Part shown: in pieces, positions 1 to 12,114 of the stretch
How positions within the stretch are numbered: the stretch's first letter is position 1
Layout of the letters: every line of letters begins with the position of its first letter
NCBI RefSeq assembly: GCF_963921235.1
Contig: NC_086108.1
Span: 65,040,001-65,104,000 of the forward strand
Source of the DNA: Mobula hypostoma
Taxonomy: Eukaryota
DNA: 64,000 nucleotides
Reading direction: 5' to 3'
The notes under the pieces: model-generated
Told to the model about the DNA's origin: nothing
Seen by the model: only the letters and a program-made list of their open reading frames with translations
Database searches by the model: none
Program-made: the position numbers and the translations under genes

Positions 1-377
1 CTGAGCTTCCACACTGACACTTTATTTGCCAGTTAGTTTTTAAGTACATCTCTCTCTCTGTTTTTCAGACAGAAGGAAAAGCCAGATGTGTTAATACATT
101 TGTTCTACTATGCCACGCAGGCCACTTTATTGAGGCCAGACATACAGTACATAGCCAGCTATGATATCAGATGTCAGATTCAACAACATTTGCAGCAAGC
201 TAAAGCCACAGAAATATCACATTTTTTTGTTGGATTGCATAAACTTGAAAATTCAGGTGCCAGGAAAGAACTGTAACATGGGAGGGCATTTAAATTAGCT
301 TCACCATGCAATAGCCAGCTAATGGGTGGACCAACCTACAGCCAGCGGAAGGGTTAGAGTTATATGGGTAATTTGTT

Positions 378-1065
378 CATAGAGTCATAGAAGAGTGCAG
401 CACAGAAAAAGGCTCTTCAGCCCATCTAACCCATGCTGAACCGTTTATTCTGCCTACTTCCATCGACATGCACCAAGGTCATAGCCCTCCAAATCCCTAC
501 CATCTATGTACCTATCCAAACTTCTCTTAAACATTGGCATCAAGCCCACATGCATCACTTGTGCTGGCAGCTCATTCCATACTCTTAGAATCCTCTGAGT
601 GAAGAAGCTTCCCTTCATGTTCCCCTTAAACTTTTCACCCTTCACCCTTACTTCATAACCTCTGGTTGTAGTCCCACCCAACCTCAATGGAAAATGCCTG
701 CTTGCATTTACTTTATCTATACCACTCATAGTTTTGTATCCCCTTATCAAATCTCCTCTCAATCTTCTATGTTCCAAAGAATAAAGTTCTAACCTATTGA
801 ATCTTTCCTTATAACTCACATCCACTAGACCTGGCAACGTCCTTGTAAATTTTCTCTTTCAAACTTATTTACATCTTTCCTGTATATAGGTGACCAAAAC
901 TGCACACAATAGTCTAAATTAGGCCTCATCAATGTCTTTACAACTTCAGCATAGCATCCCATCTCCTGTACTCAATACTTTAATTTATGAAGGCCAATAT
1001 GCCAAAAGCTTTCTTTACAATCCCATCTATCTGTGGCTCCACTTCAATGAATTATAGAGCTATAT
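378..1065 (-). mobile_element. CR1 LINE 3' fragment
   Basis: ORF 454..837 SLEHRRLRGDLIRGYK...SFFTQRILRVWNELP is the CR1 ORF2 C-terminus; catagagtcatag tail at the left end. Confidence 0.9.
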
Positions 1066-2039
1066 TGGTCATTGGGAATTTGTGTAACAAAGGAAAAAAT
1101 GTGTTGGGCTACCAATGAGAAGGAAGTAGCAGCAGTGGAGGTTCAGTAGTGAGGGAGGAAGAGGAAGAATGATCTTGGCATTTAGTTGGTGGTTTGAAAC
1201 AGGAAATGTAAATGGTGTGAGATCATTGGAATTAAAGCTTGTGACAGTGATGATCATGTTAAACTGGTGAGTTCTTTTATGACTTGTCGATCACAACTCT
1301 TTAACATCCTCATTGGTCTACCTTGATTTGCTCTTTCCCATCTTTCCTTTACCAGTATTTCTTAATGGAACTACTTTTTCACAGTTTATAAGTGATGCTG
1401 AGAGGGTGGGGTAGTGTGGCTGGGATGGAGGCTAACTATGCAGTAGGTAATGGATCAACATGACCTATCAGTTGATCTATTGAGATTTTACAAACATTGA
1501 CTGAGAACTGGGCATGGTGTAAAGGCATGATTCAAGATCAGTTGAGAGTAAAGAAACACTGAATAGTGGAGTCTGACTAAGAAACGTTCATCATATTGTT
1601 AAAGTTGTATTCTTTTTGTGGAATATTTTTTGTTCATTCATGTGATATAGAGGCTGTTGGAAATTCTGGTATATTGCTTTTTCCTAATTGCCCCTGAACT
1701 GTGAAGATCGTAAAGAATTGATGTGGACTCAAAATTGGGCCTACAATGGTAAGAATGACAGGCTTCTTTCAATAAGGAGACCTTCAAGCACATTTGTAAA
1801 TCTCTTGGATTTTTACCACAGTACAATGGCTTCATGGTTTCCATTGCTGAGATGAGTATTCAAACATACAGTTGAGATCTACCTAGTAAAATGAATTCAA
1901 ATTTCCCAACTGGCATTTTTGGTATTGATCACGGGTCAGTCTTCAGATTAATGATCCAGATCTTCGGCTACTCTTCAATGATTTAACCTCAACTGTACCC
2001 TTAAGATCTAGTAAGTGTTTTGAGCACCTACATATTGCC

Positions 2040-2655
2040 AAACAAAGCTACTGATAAGTTTGCAGGTGATCCCGCTGTTGCTGGAAAAATTTGAGATGGC
2101 AACAAGGAGGCATACAGGTGTGAGATAGATCAACTAGCTGAGTAGTGTCACAACAATAACCTCGCACTCAAGATGAGCAAGACCATGGATTTGATAGTGG
2201 TCTCTTGCAAATTTCTATCGATATACAGTGGAGAGCATTCTGACTGGTTGCATCACAGTCTGTTATGGAGGCTCCAATGCACAGGATTGCAAGAGGCTAC
2301 AGAGGGCTGTAGACTTAGCCTCCTCCATCAGAGGCACAACCCTCCCCAATGTGGAGGACATCTTCAAGAATCGGTGCCTCAGGAAGGTGGCATCCATCAT
2401 TGATGACGTTTACCATCCAGAACATAACTCTTTTCATTACTATGATCAGAGAGGTGGAGCAGGAGGCAGAAGACCCAGACTCAACCAATCAGGAACAGCT
2501 TCTTCTCCTCTGTTATCAGATTTCTGAATGGTCTAATAACCCATGAATATTGCCTCATGTAATCTATAGTAATTTTTCATCTTTGCACTGTGCTGTTGCC
2601 ACAAAACAACAAACTTCACATTATATGGGACAATGATAATAAACCTGGTTCTGAG
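2040..2655 (+). mobile_element. Rex1/Babar-like LINE 3' fragment (decayed)
   Basis: ESILTGCITVCYGGSNAQDCKRLQRAV...RCLRKVASII RT C-terminal motif, followed by a gataataaacctg 3' end. Confidence 0.8.
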
Positions 2656-2726
2656 TTTACAAAGCTGAATGAATTTCTGCCACTGAGGTTGCTCTTACAT
2701 CCCATTTCTCAGTAAGTAGCCTTGGA

Positions 2727-3366
2727 TGAAGGGTGATTGATAAGTTCATGGCCTAGGTAGAAGGAGCTTATTTTAGAAAACCTTGCATATTTATTTTTCC
2801 TACATTTACACACTTAGGCCAGTGGTTGTGGAGCAGACAGATCCCTTCTTTATAGAAGTCAGTGTCTTGGACCTCCAGAAGTGGTCCACAGCAGGGGTGA
2901 TTGATAAGTTTGTGGCCTGAGGTAGAAGGAGATGAGTTATTAACTTCAAACTTTCTGCATTTTCACTGAAAGAGCTGAACTGCACGTGCATGTAATGAGA
3001 GCTGTGTAATCATCTCCTACCTTTAGGCCACGAACTTATCAATCACCCCTGCTGTGGACCACCTGGAGGTCCAAGACGCTCTCATTACATGCACGTGCAG
3101 TTCATCTCTGAGTGATTATGCAGAAAGTTTGAAGTTTCTCCTTATCTCCTTCTACCTTAGGCCACAAATTTATCAATCACCCCTGCTGTGGACCACTTCC
3201 TGGAGGTCCAAGATGCTGTCTTATACAAAGAAGGGATCCGTATGCTCCACGACCGCTGGACTAAGTGTGTACATGTAGGAGGGGACTATGTTGAAAAATA
3301 AATGTGCTAAGTTTTCTAAAATTGACTCCTTCTACTCTAGGCCACGAACTTATCAATCACCCCTCG
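2727..3366. mobile_element. Mariner-derived fold-back non-autonomous element (copy 1; 5 TIR copies)
   Basis: TIR cgaggggtgattgataagtt(c/t)gtggcctaaggtagaaggag at both ends and internally; right end followed by TA. Retains the mariner transposase C-terminal codons KEGIRMLHDRWTKCVHVGGDYVEK* (about 3229-3301). Confidence 0.88.
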
Positions 3367-4293
3367 TATAGCACTCGCAAAACTATGCCCATCTGTTTAG
3401 GATGAAGTTACATGCCAATCCTTGTCTTTAGCAGCATTATCTCTGAGACATTATGGGCCAAAGATATTGGAGCAATCTCTGAATACCATGTCAGTTATTT
3501 TACTGTTTTGGCTATGTGCTAGATCAGCTTTGCATGTGAAACTTTATCCAAGTTATTTATTAGATTGAATATGCTAGCGAATCCACATATATTTAACTAT
3601 CACTTTGATATTGATTATAAATTGGAGGAGAGTAATCTGTAAATTTGAGAAATGCATGCTTTTTCAATCCATAAATTTAAAATTGAAACTGCTGTTATGC
3701 CATATGAATCTGTGCTATTTTTCACATTGCAAGCAAGTATCAATTATAGCCTTAGTAGTTGCATTTAATTTAGTGGCTAATTATGTATTTTGGTAGCTAT
3801 GGCTAAAAGACCAAAATTTGAAAAATATGTTTGCGAAAATTTCTGGAGGTAATTTGGAGATTTTATTTTCACTTGATTGGGGAGAAATACAAATATAACA
3901 ATGTTTGAGAGAAGCTGTTTTACAGGCGTTTGTAAGATCCATCACAAATGCCTCTGATGCTTCACTCCCCGGTGAGCTCAATACCTTTTTATGCACAATT
4001 TGAAAGAGGAAATATAAACTAAACGTGTTGAATCCCTACAGCATCTGCTGACCATGTGATATGTGCCTCAGACTCCAAAGTCAGAGCATCTTTCAGGAGG
4101 GTTAACCCTCACAAGGCATCAGGTCCCAATCGCCTACCTGTCAGGACACTGATATCATGTGCAAAACAACTGGCTGGAGTGTCAAGGACATCTTCACTTC
4201 TCACTGCAGCAGTCATTGGTTTAAACCCGCTTCAAAGGGCATCAATCATACGTGTGCCCAAGAAGAACAGGGTGATCTGCCTCAATAACCATC

Positions 4294-4818
4294 AGAATTA
4301 GATTTATTGTCACTGATATATATGCTGTGAAATCTGTTGTTTTGCAACAGCAATACAGTGTAATATATAAAAGTCACCATTAATTACAATAAGAATACAT
4401 AGAAATAAATAGTGAGGTAGTAATAACATTTATGGACTTTTCCCAAAATCTGATGGTGGTGGAGATGAAACTTGTCCTAAACATTGAGTGTGCGTCTTCA
4501 GGCTCCTGTGCGTCATCCCTGATGGTAGTAATAATTAGAGGCCATGTCCTGGATGGTGAGGGTCCGACAAGATGGATGGCGCCTTCTGGAGGCATCACAT
4601 TTTGAAGCTGTCATCAGTGGTAGGAAGGCTAGTACCCATGATGGAGCTGGCTGAATCTACATCTTCCTGCAACTTTTTCCAAACCTGTGCATTGGCATCT
4701 CCATACCAAGCAGTGATGCAACCAGTCAGAATACTTTCCACAGTACATCAGTAGAAAATTGCCAAACCCTTTGGTGACAGACCAAAACTCCTCAAACTCT
4801 TAATTGAAATATGGCTGT
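4294..4818 (-). mobile_element. Rex1-like LINE 3' fragment
   Basis: Reverse-strand 3' tail (agatttattgtcactg) plus an RT C-terminal remnant similar to 56495-57100. Confidence 0.75.
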
Positions 4819-5870
4819 TATAGAACATAGAACAGTACAGCACAGAACAGGCGCTTCAACCCACGATGTGCTGACCTCTTAACCTCCTCTAAACTCAATC
4901 TAATCCCACTGTCCTACACAGCCCTCCATTTTTCATTCAATTCACATGCAATCTAAGAATCTCTTAAATCTTCTCAATATATCTGCCTCTACAACCAACC
5001 TGGCAGTTTGTTCCATTGTTCCATGCATCTACAACTCTGCAAAAAAAAAACTACCTTTGATGTCTTCCTATACTTTCTTCCAATTACCTTAAAATTCTAC
5101 CCTTTTCTGTCCTGGGAAATAGTCCTTGGCTGTTCACTCTATCTACATCTCTTATCATTGTGTAAACCTCTGTTGTCACCTCTCATTCTCCTTCACTCCA
5201 GGGAGAATAGCCCTAGCTTGCTTAATCTATCTTCATAAAACATGCACTCTAATTCAGGTAGCATCCTGGTCAATCTCCTCTGCAACCTCTTTAACGCTTC
5301 CACATCCTTCCTACAATCCTTGGGCACCACAGTAGCGTAGTCATCTGTGGGACGCTATTACAGCTCGGAACATTCCAGAGTTTGGAGTTCAATTCCGGCG
5401 CCATCTGTAGAGAGTCTGTACATCCTCTAACATGGAATGCATGGGTTTCCTCCCACATTTCAAGGATGTACCAGGGTAGGTTAATTGGTCATTGTAAATT
5501 GTCCCATGATTAGATTTGAATTAATCAAGTTTGTCGGGGGTTGCTGGAGTGCCATGCCTCGAATGGCAAGAAGGACCTATTCTGCTCTGTATCGCTAACA
5601 AAAAAAAAATGTGGTGACCTGAACACAGTGTTCCAAGTATGGTTTAACCAGGGTTTTATGGAGCTGCATCATTACTTCACGGTTCTTAAACTCAATTCCT
5701 CAACTAATGAAGGCCTACACACCTTACACCTTCTTAGCCACACTGTCAACTTGCATGGTAACTTTGAAGGATCTATGCACATTACTTTGAGATGCCTCTT
5801 TTGCTCCACACCTCCAAGAATCCTGCCAATAACCCCATATTTTTGCCTTCGTTTATCCTTTCAAAATGAT
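4819..5870 (-). mobile_element. CR1 LINE 3' fragment interrupted by a V-SINE
   Basis: tagaacatagaacagtacagcacag CR1 tail; the CR1 sequence resumes at about 5610 after the SINE. Confidence 0.8.
5322..5609 (+). mobile_element. tRNA-derived V-SINE (HE1-like)
   Basis: B-box-like ggagttcaattcc; V-domain gggtttcctcccaca...ggttaattggtcattgtaaattgtccc; LINE-like 3' end ctgtatcgctaa plus an A tail. Confidence 0.8.
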
Positions 5871-5979
5871 AATAATTGTCTTCTGCACTCTGGTTGATCT
5901 TTCATTGATCCAGTTATAGTTATAATTCTATAGAAATGCTGAATATTCCAACAAGAAAATGAATCTTAGGGTTGTATAT

Positions 5980-6270
5980 GGAGTAGAATTAGGCCATTTG
6001 ACCCATTATGTCTGTTCTGTCATTTCATCATGGCTGATTCAATTTCTCTCTCAGCCCCATTCTCCTGCCTTCTCCCTGTACCCCTTCATGCCGTGACTAA
6101 TCGAGAATATACCAACCTCTGCCTTAAATATACATTAAGACTTGGCCTCCACAGATGCCTGTGGCAAAGAATTCCACAGATTTGCCACTCTTTGGCTAAA
6201 GATATTCCTCCTCATCCCCATCCTAAAAAGGGATGTTATTTTCAATCCTTACTCTCTGTGCTCTCCAGAT
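5980..6270 (-). mobile_element. Short CR1 3' end
   Basis: gtagaattaggccatt...tggcaaagaattccacagatt pattern, similar to 7099-7400. Confidence 0.7.
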
Positions 6271-7098
6271 GAGGAACTCAAGGATTCAGTTGCAGGGGCA
6301 GTTCTGTGACCTGGTAACACTCAGATCTACTATGATGAAATGCTTTAAGAGGTTGATCATGGCTAGAATTAACTCCTGCCTGAGCAAGGACCTAGACCTA
6401 CTGCAATTTGCCTCCCGCCACAAGTCCACATCAGATGCAATCTCACTGGCTTTATACTTGAAATTGGACCACCTGGACAACAGCAATACCTCCAACAGGC
6501 TGCTGTTTATCGTCTATAGCTCAGTGTTCAACATTATCGCTCTCTCAGAGCTAATCAGCAAGCTTCAAAACCTGAACCACTATACCTTCCTCTGCAACTG
6601 GATCCTTGGTTCCTTAACTTCTGGACTTTCTCATTGAGAAACCACAGTCAATGCAGATTGGAAATAGCATCTCCTCCTTGCTGACAATCAACACAGGCTC
6701 ACCTCAAGGATGCATGATTAGCCCACTGTTCTGTTCTCTCTACACTCATGATTGTGTGGCTGTCTGGCTCAGTAGCCATCTGTAAAACACGCCGGTGACA
6801 AAACTGTTGTTGGCAAAAATCTTAGATGGTGATGAGGAGGTGTATTGGGTTTGATGGTGTCACAACAGCAACATTGCACTCAACATCAACAAGAGCAAGG
6901 AATTGATTGTGGACTTCTCAAGGGAAAGTTGGGAAAACATGCAACGGTCCTTATTGAGGGTGTCATCGTTGGAAAGGGTGAGCAGCATGAAGTTCCTGAG
7001 TGTCAACGTCTCAGAGGATCTGTCCTGGGCCAACATATTGATGCAATCATGAATAAAGCATACCAGCTGCTGCACTTCATTAGGAGTTTGGAGAGATT

Positions 7099-8385
7099 TA
7101 GAATAAGACTGTAAGACATAGGAGTTGTATTAGGCCATTCATCCCATCGAGTCTGTACTGCATGGCTGATTTATCTTCCCTCTCAAAAGCGTTCTCATGC
7201 CTTCTCCCCATAACCTTTGATGCCCATATTACTCAAGAACCTATCAACCTCTGCATTAAATATATACAAGATCTTGGCCTCCACAGAATTCCAATGAATC
7301 TAACAGATTTAACACCCTCTGGCTATATTCTGAAGCTATGCCCTGTGGTCCTAGGCTCTCTCACTATCCAGCTCTTTCAATGTTCATTAGGTTTCATTGA
7401 GATCCACCCGCAACTCCAGTCTTCTAAACTCTGGTGAGGACATGCCAAGAGCCATCAGATGCTTCTCATACATTAACCTTTCCATTTCCAGGATTATTAT
7501 TGTAAACCTCTTCTAGGCCCTCTGTAATCCCAGCACATTTTTTCTTAAATATGAGACCCAAAACTACTCACAATACTCTAAATAAGGTCTGACCAACCCC
7601 TTATAAGCCTTAATGTTACATCCTTGCTTTAATATTCTAGTCCACTTGAAATGAATGCTAACATTGTGCTAGGGCTCCAAAATCCATTTGCTCCTCCGAT
7701 TTCTGAATTCTGACCTCATTTAGAAAATAGTCTATGCCTTTATGCCCTTTACCAAAATGATGACCATGCATTTCCCCACTCGGTATTCCACCTGCCACTT
7801 CTTTGTCCATTCTCCTAATTTGTATAAGTCCTTCTGTAGACTCCCTGCTTCCTCAACACTACCTGCCTCTCTACTCATCTTTGTGTTATTCACAAGCTTG
7901 GCCACAAAGCCATCAATTCCATCGTCCAGATCATTAACATATTATGTGAAAAGTAGCAGACCTAACACCAACCACTACAGAAAACCAGTAGCAACTGGCA
8001 GCAAACTAGAAAAGACCACCTTTATTCTCTCTCCTTGCTTTGTGCCAGTCAGCCAATCTTTTATCCATGCTCGTATCTTTCCTGTAATACCATGGGCTCC
8101 CAGATTGTTCAGAAGCCTCATGTGTGACACCTTGTCAAAGGTCTTCTTAAAATTCAAGTAAACAACATCCAACATCCTTTACTTCCTCAGAGAATTCCAA
8201 TAGATTTGACAGGCATGATTTTCCATTAACGAAACAATGACTTCGGCCTATTTTGCCATGTGTCTATAGCTGTCCCCTTATCCTTATTAATTACATCTTC
8301 CCAACCACTGAAGTAAGGCAAATTGGTCTAGGATATCCTATCATTTGCCTTGCTCCCTTCTGAAAGAATGGAGTGACATTTGACA
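7099..8385 (-). mobile_element. CR1 LINE fragment (RT region to 3' end)
   Basis: DVVYLNFKKTFDKVSHMRLLNNLGAHGITGKIRAWIKDWL RT motif (ORF 7975..8175); taagacatagg tail. Confidence 0.88.
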
Positions 8386-10449
8386 CATATATCACCTAAG
8401 ACTGACAAATTTCCATAGATGAACTGTGGAGAGTACTCTGACAGGTTCCATCACAGTCTGTATAGAGGTTTCAACGCACAGGTTCAAAAAAAGCTGCAGA
8501 GTTGTAGACTTATCCAGCTCCATCATGGGAACTAGCCTCCCCACCATCAAGGACATGTTCAAAATCCAGTGCCTCAAAAAGGCAGCATCCATCATTAAGG
8601 ACACGCCAGCCAAAACAAGCCCTCTACTATATACTACTATCAGGGAGCAGTTACAGGAGCCTGAAGACACACAATTTAAAAACAGCTTCTTCCTCTCAGT
8701 CGTCAGGTTTCTGAATGGCCTATGAACCCATAAATAATATTTCTTTTTGCACTATTTATTTATTTTTAAAATATTTCTTATTGTAACTTAGAGTAGTTTT
8801 TGTGTATTTCACTGTGCCTCAAAACAGCAGATTTCACAACATTTACGAGTTGATAGTAAACCTGATTCTGATTCTAAAGCTATTGAAATTATCTATGAGA
8901 AAAGGAGAGATTTAATAGTCATATTATCTGACTAAGCTAGTTGAATGTTTAAGAAGCCATGAAACTAATGGATAGGGAAGTATCTACAGACATTTTCCAA
9001 ATGTTCTTCCAAAAAGAATCAGCATAAGTGATTATTAGCAAAAACTGAGAGTCAGTCAAATTTATAGTTATCCTTTACCATGGTTGACAAAAACGGAATG
9101 TATGAAAAAGGGAAGGGACTAGCCAGTCATAAATAGAGGGTTGAAGATCTGAAGTTGTAGGACAAGTCATATGAAGGGGAATAACATATACAAATACAGC
9201 AAATGGTAAATCAGAAAAAAGGGGTTATCATGCCATCAGCAAAAAGGCAAAGCTAAATAATGTAACACATATTTATTGATTATGCTTGTTGTAACTTGAA
9301 TCTATTTGTGATCAAACTTTTCCAATAGGATAGTAATCTTCAATCACAACACTGAAATAGAGGATTTTGACCCAATTAGTAGTGTACCATCAGTACAACT
9401 GCGAGATCTGTCCTGTTCAACCAATCTGCAATGAGGGTCCACAAAAGGGACACCTCTGTATAAGCTTACAGTTTGGTCTAACCTGGATAAAAATAAGAGT
9501 TTTCTGGTGCAGTTGGTGCACTTTAACTGAGTAACTCTGTTGATCTGTTTGTGTCCAGATGGGAAAGACTCGGCAGATTTCTGCTCAGTCTTTCCCACTT
9601 AAATAGTAAATAGACTTGTGACTTTTGTGGATAAACTTCCCAAATCTCTGAAATAATTTTCACTACTGCCTCTGCATAGTGCATATGTTTCTATATTAAC
9701 AATAAAAATTATATTTTTAAAGTGATTAGAATTCCTCTAGTCTCTCATCATCTCTCTCTACATAGCTTTGTTTCTCAGTCATAGTTTTCAGGAAAAATCT
9801 CATTTGGGAATATTCCACCTTTTGAGATTTTAAGGTCAGTGAGTAAGAGTTATTCTTTTGAACAAAGATAATTTCTGCAGTAAACTTGCACTGCATCTGG
9901 CCAAAGAAAACATTTAAATAATCTATCAATTACTTAGCATCAGAACACCTAAAGTAACAAAGCATCTTTTGTACTGTGGGCTTCTAACTGACAATTTTTG
10001 TTTCAATTTATAGCAGGTGTATAAAATATATTACACTCAAGGCATTATTTTATGTAATCATGCTTTCAGACATACCAGACAACACATAGTGGATACTGTC
10101 TGCAGTGAGTTAGAAGATACCTACTTATCCAGACATCAAATCAATATACTAACATTCATGCCTGAGGATTCATTTGCTCAGATCATCTGAAAACTCATGA
10201 ATTATATAATAGTAAAAGTGCAGATCCGATATTTTAAAACTCATTCAGTTATCTTGAGCTCCCCCAGTTGTGTGAAAAAAAGATCTTCACAAAGGTGTTC
10301 ATGATATAGATTTGCTGATTGACTGTGAATTAAATAGTATCAGTAAGGGTAGATCTCCTACAGTGTCCTGTTTACTCCATGTTAGCTTAAAAAGTTCAAC
10401 AGTAATATTAGGATAGACTTTTTTTTTAACTCTAAAACATTCCCAGGCA

Positions 10450-10695
10450 CAGCAAAGAGGAAATGCTGGAGGAACTCCGCAGGTCAAGCAGCATCTATAG
10501 AAAGGAATAAAGAGTCAACATGTCCAGCTGAAACATCTCAGCCCGAAGCATCGACTCTTTATTCCCCTCCATTGGAAAAGCTTGATCATAAATAGATTCA
10601 AGTTACAACAAGCATCTGCTTGATCTGCTGAGTTCCTCCAGCATTTTGTGTGTATTACTCTGGATTTCTAGCACTTGCAGAATCTCTTCTGTTTG
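10450..10695. mobile_element. Decayed Penelope terminal hairpin element
   Basis: Arms aaatgctggaggaactc.gcaggtcaagcag and ctgcttgatctgctgagttcctccagcatttt, a degenerate gcccgaagcatcgac hammerhead remnant and a tail. Confidence 0.7.
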
Positions 10696-10769
10696 TAAAC
10701 ATGAAATGGCCCCACATCTCTCCCCAGAATTTATGTTGTTTTACCCACTTGGCATCCCTTGCCTCACCA

Positions 10770-11225
10770 AAGACTCAACTAAGTTCTACAGATGTACCGT
10801 GGAGAGCATTCTAACTAGTTCTATCGTCATTTGATATGATAAGCCATTGCACAGAATTGGAAAATCTGCAGAGGGTTGTAAATTTGGCCATTTTCATCAC
10901 AGGTACAAATCTTCCCACCATCGCGGATATCTTCAGAAGGCTATGCAATAATGATCCCTAAATTTTATATATATATATATAGCCAGACAGTCATAAATTT
11001 GGAGCAGCAGGCTAAGCACACAGCCTTGAGATGTACCTGTGCTGATGGAGATTGTGGAGGAGATGTTATTGCCAATCTGGACTCACTAGGGTCTGCAAGG
11101 GAGAAAGTGAGGATCCAATTGCACAAGGAGGTATTGAGGCCAAAATCTTGAAACTTATTGATTTGTTTTGGGGGGTGGGTCTGATGGAATGATAGCACCG
11201 AATGCCAAGCTGTAGTTGATAAGGG
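10770..11225. mobile_element. Two short Rex1-like fragments in opposite orientation
   Basis: + strand TKFYRCTVESILT; - strand FGLNTSLCNWILTF. Confidence 0.65.
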
Positions 11226-12058
11226 TTTGAGTTAGGATCCTTGAAGCTTATTCAGAATTTCCTGAGGTGTTGAGCAATTTGAAAGTACCTTGAAGCATAA
11301 CTAAAGTATATATGAGAATATTAGGATTCTTCTCCTCTAGTAACCTGTGTGTGTTGCCCAATATAAAATCCTATCTGTATCACAAATGGATCAAGTGCGC
11401 TCAGTTTTATATCAGCATGCATTGCTGATCATGCATCCAGTGGAGGGCAGGAGAGGACAATTCGGCCCTAAGCTTTGGCCATGTGCAAGATGATGCAGTC
11501 AGAAAATTGAATTTCTCACTCTAGACTTCATTGACTTGCCATCTGTTCCATATCCAATCCCAAGCCATTGCTTTTAGCACAAAATGCCAGGCACGCATCC
11601 AGCCATAGTTTCCAGGTCATCATGGTATTACTAGACAATCTGTCACTGCATTGCTCTCAGGAATCAATACCAAGTGTAATCTTCAGGGGCAGCAGACATT
11701 TGTATTTGAAATAGCACACCCTAGGCTTATACAAAAGCTCGTACTGCCCTTGCTGAGTGAGAAAAATTGCGACAGGTTTACAAAGGCGGCATCCATTATT
11801 TATGTTGACATGGGAATTTATAATGGAACAAATTGATGCAAAATTGTCAAAATATGATGATAGGGCCTGAAGTTTTGTACTTGAGCAAAAGTTTGTGGAT
11901 CACACTTGTGCAGTGTGCATCCACAATTCTTTGGAGTGAATAAAGCAATATCACCCTACTCTCACGAGTTTTTCTACCCAGGAAGTTCTAGGCTGCCTTC
12001 ACAATTACATTAAAGGCAGGGTATTGCTTGCTTGTACAAGTTTAATAATTGTTATAAC

Positions 12059-12114
12059 GTGCCCGACGCCGGCCCCCTAGGCCTGAGTTGACGTAGTAGT
12101 AGTAGTCGTAGTAG
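12059..12114 (+). mobile_element. Very short, CpG-rich retroposon 3' end with (GTA)n tail
   Basis: Flanked by tataac at 12053-12058 and 12115-12120; GC-rich body followed by gtagtagtagtagtcgtagtag. Confidence 0.6.

Larger units (their letters stand above)
4020..8875 (+). mobile_element. Rex1/Babar-like LINE split into three colinear pieces (about 4020-4293, 6310-7098, 8392-8875) by nested insertions
   Basis: Peptides continue across the gaps: VRASFRRVNPHKASGP...VPKK..CLN / STMMKCFKRLIMARINSCL..LQFA..LCNWIL..HFIRSLERF / ESTLTGSITV...KNSFF. Confidence 0.8.

Noticed and set aside
49..276. Strong pyrimidine tract plus CAG at 66-68 followed by an open frame
   Set aside because: The translation resembles no NFIA exon and there is no convincing donor; probably a chance acceptor after a CT microsatellite.
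2727..3366. Recurring ~40-bp repeats that resemble a CRISPR array
   Set aside because: The repeats occur in both orientations, the spacers are themselves repeated, they include mariner codons with TA flanks, there are no cas genes, and the context is vertebrate.
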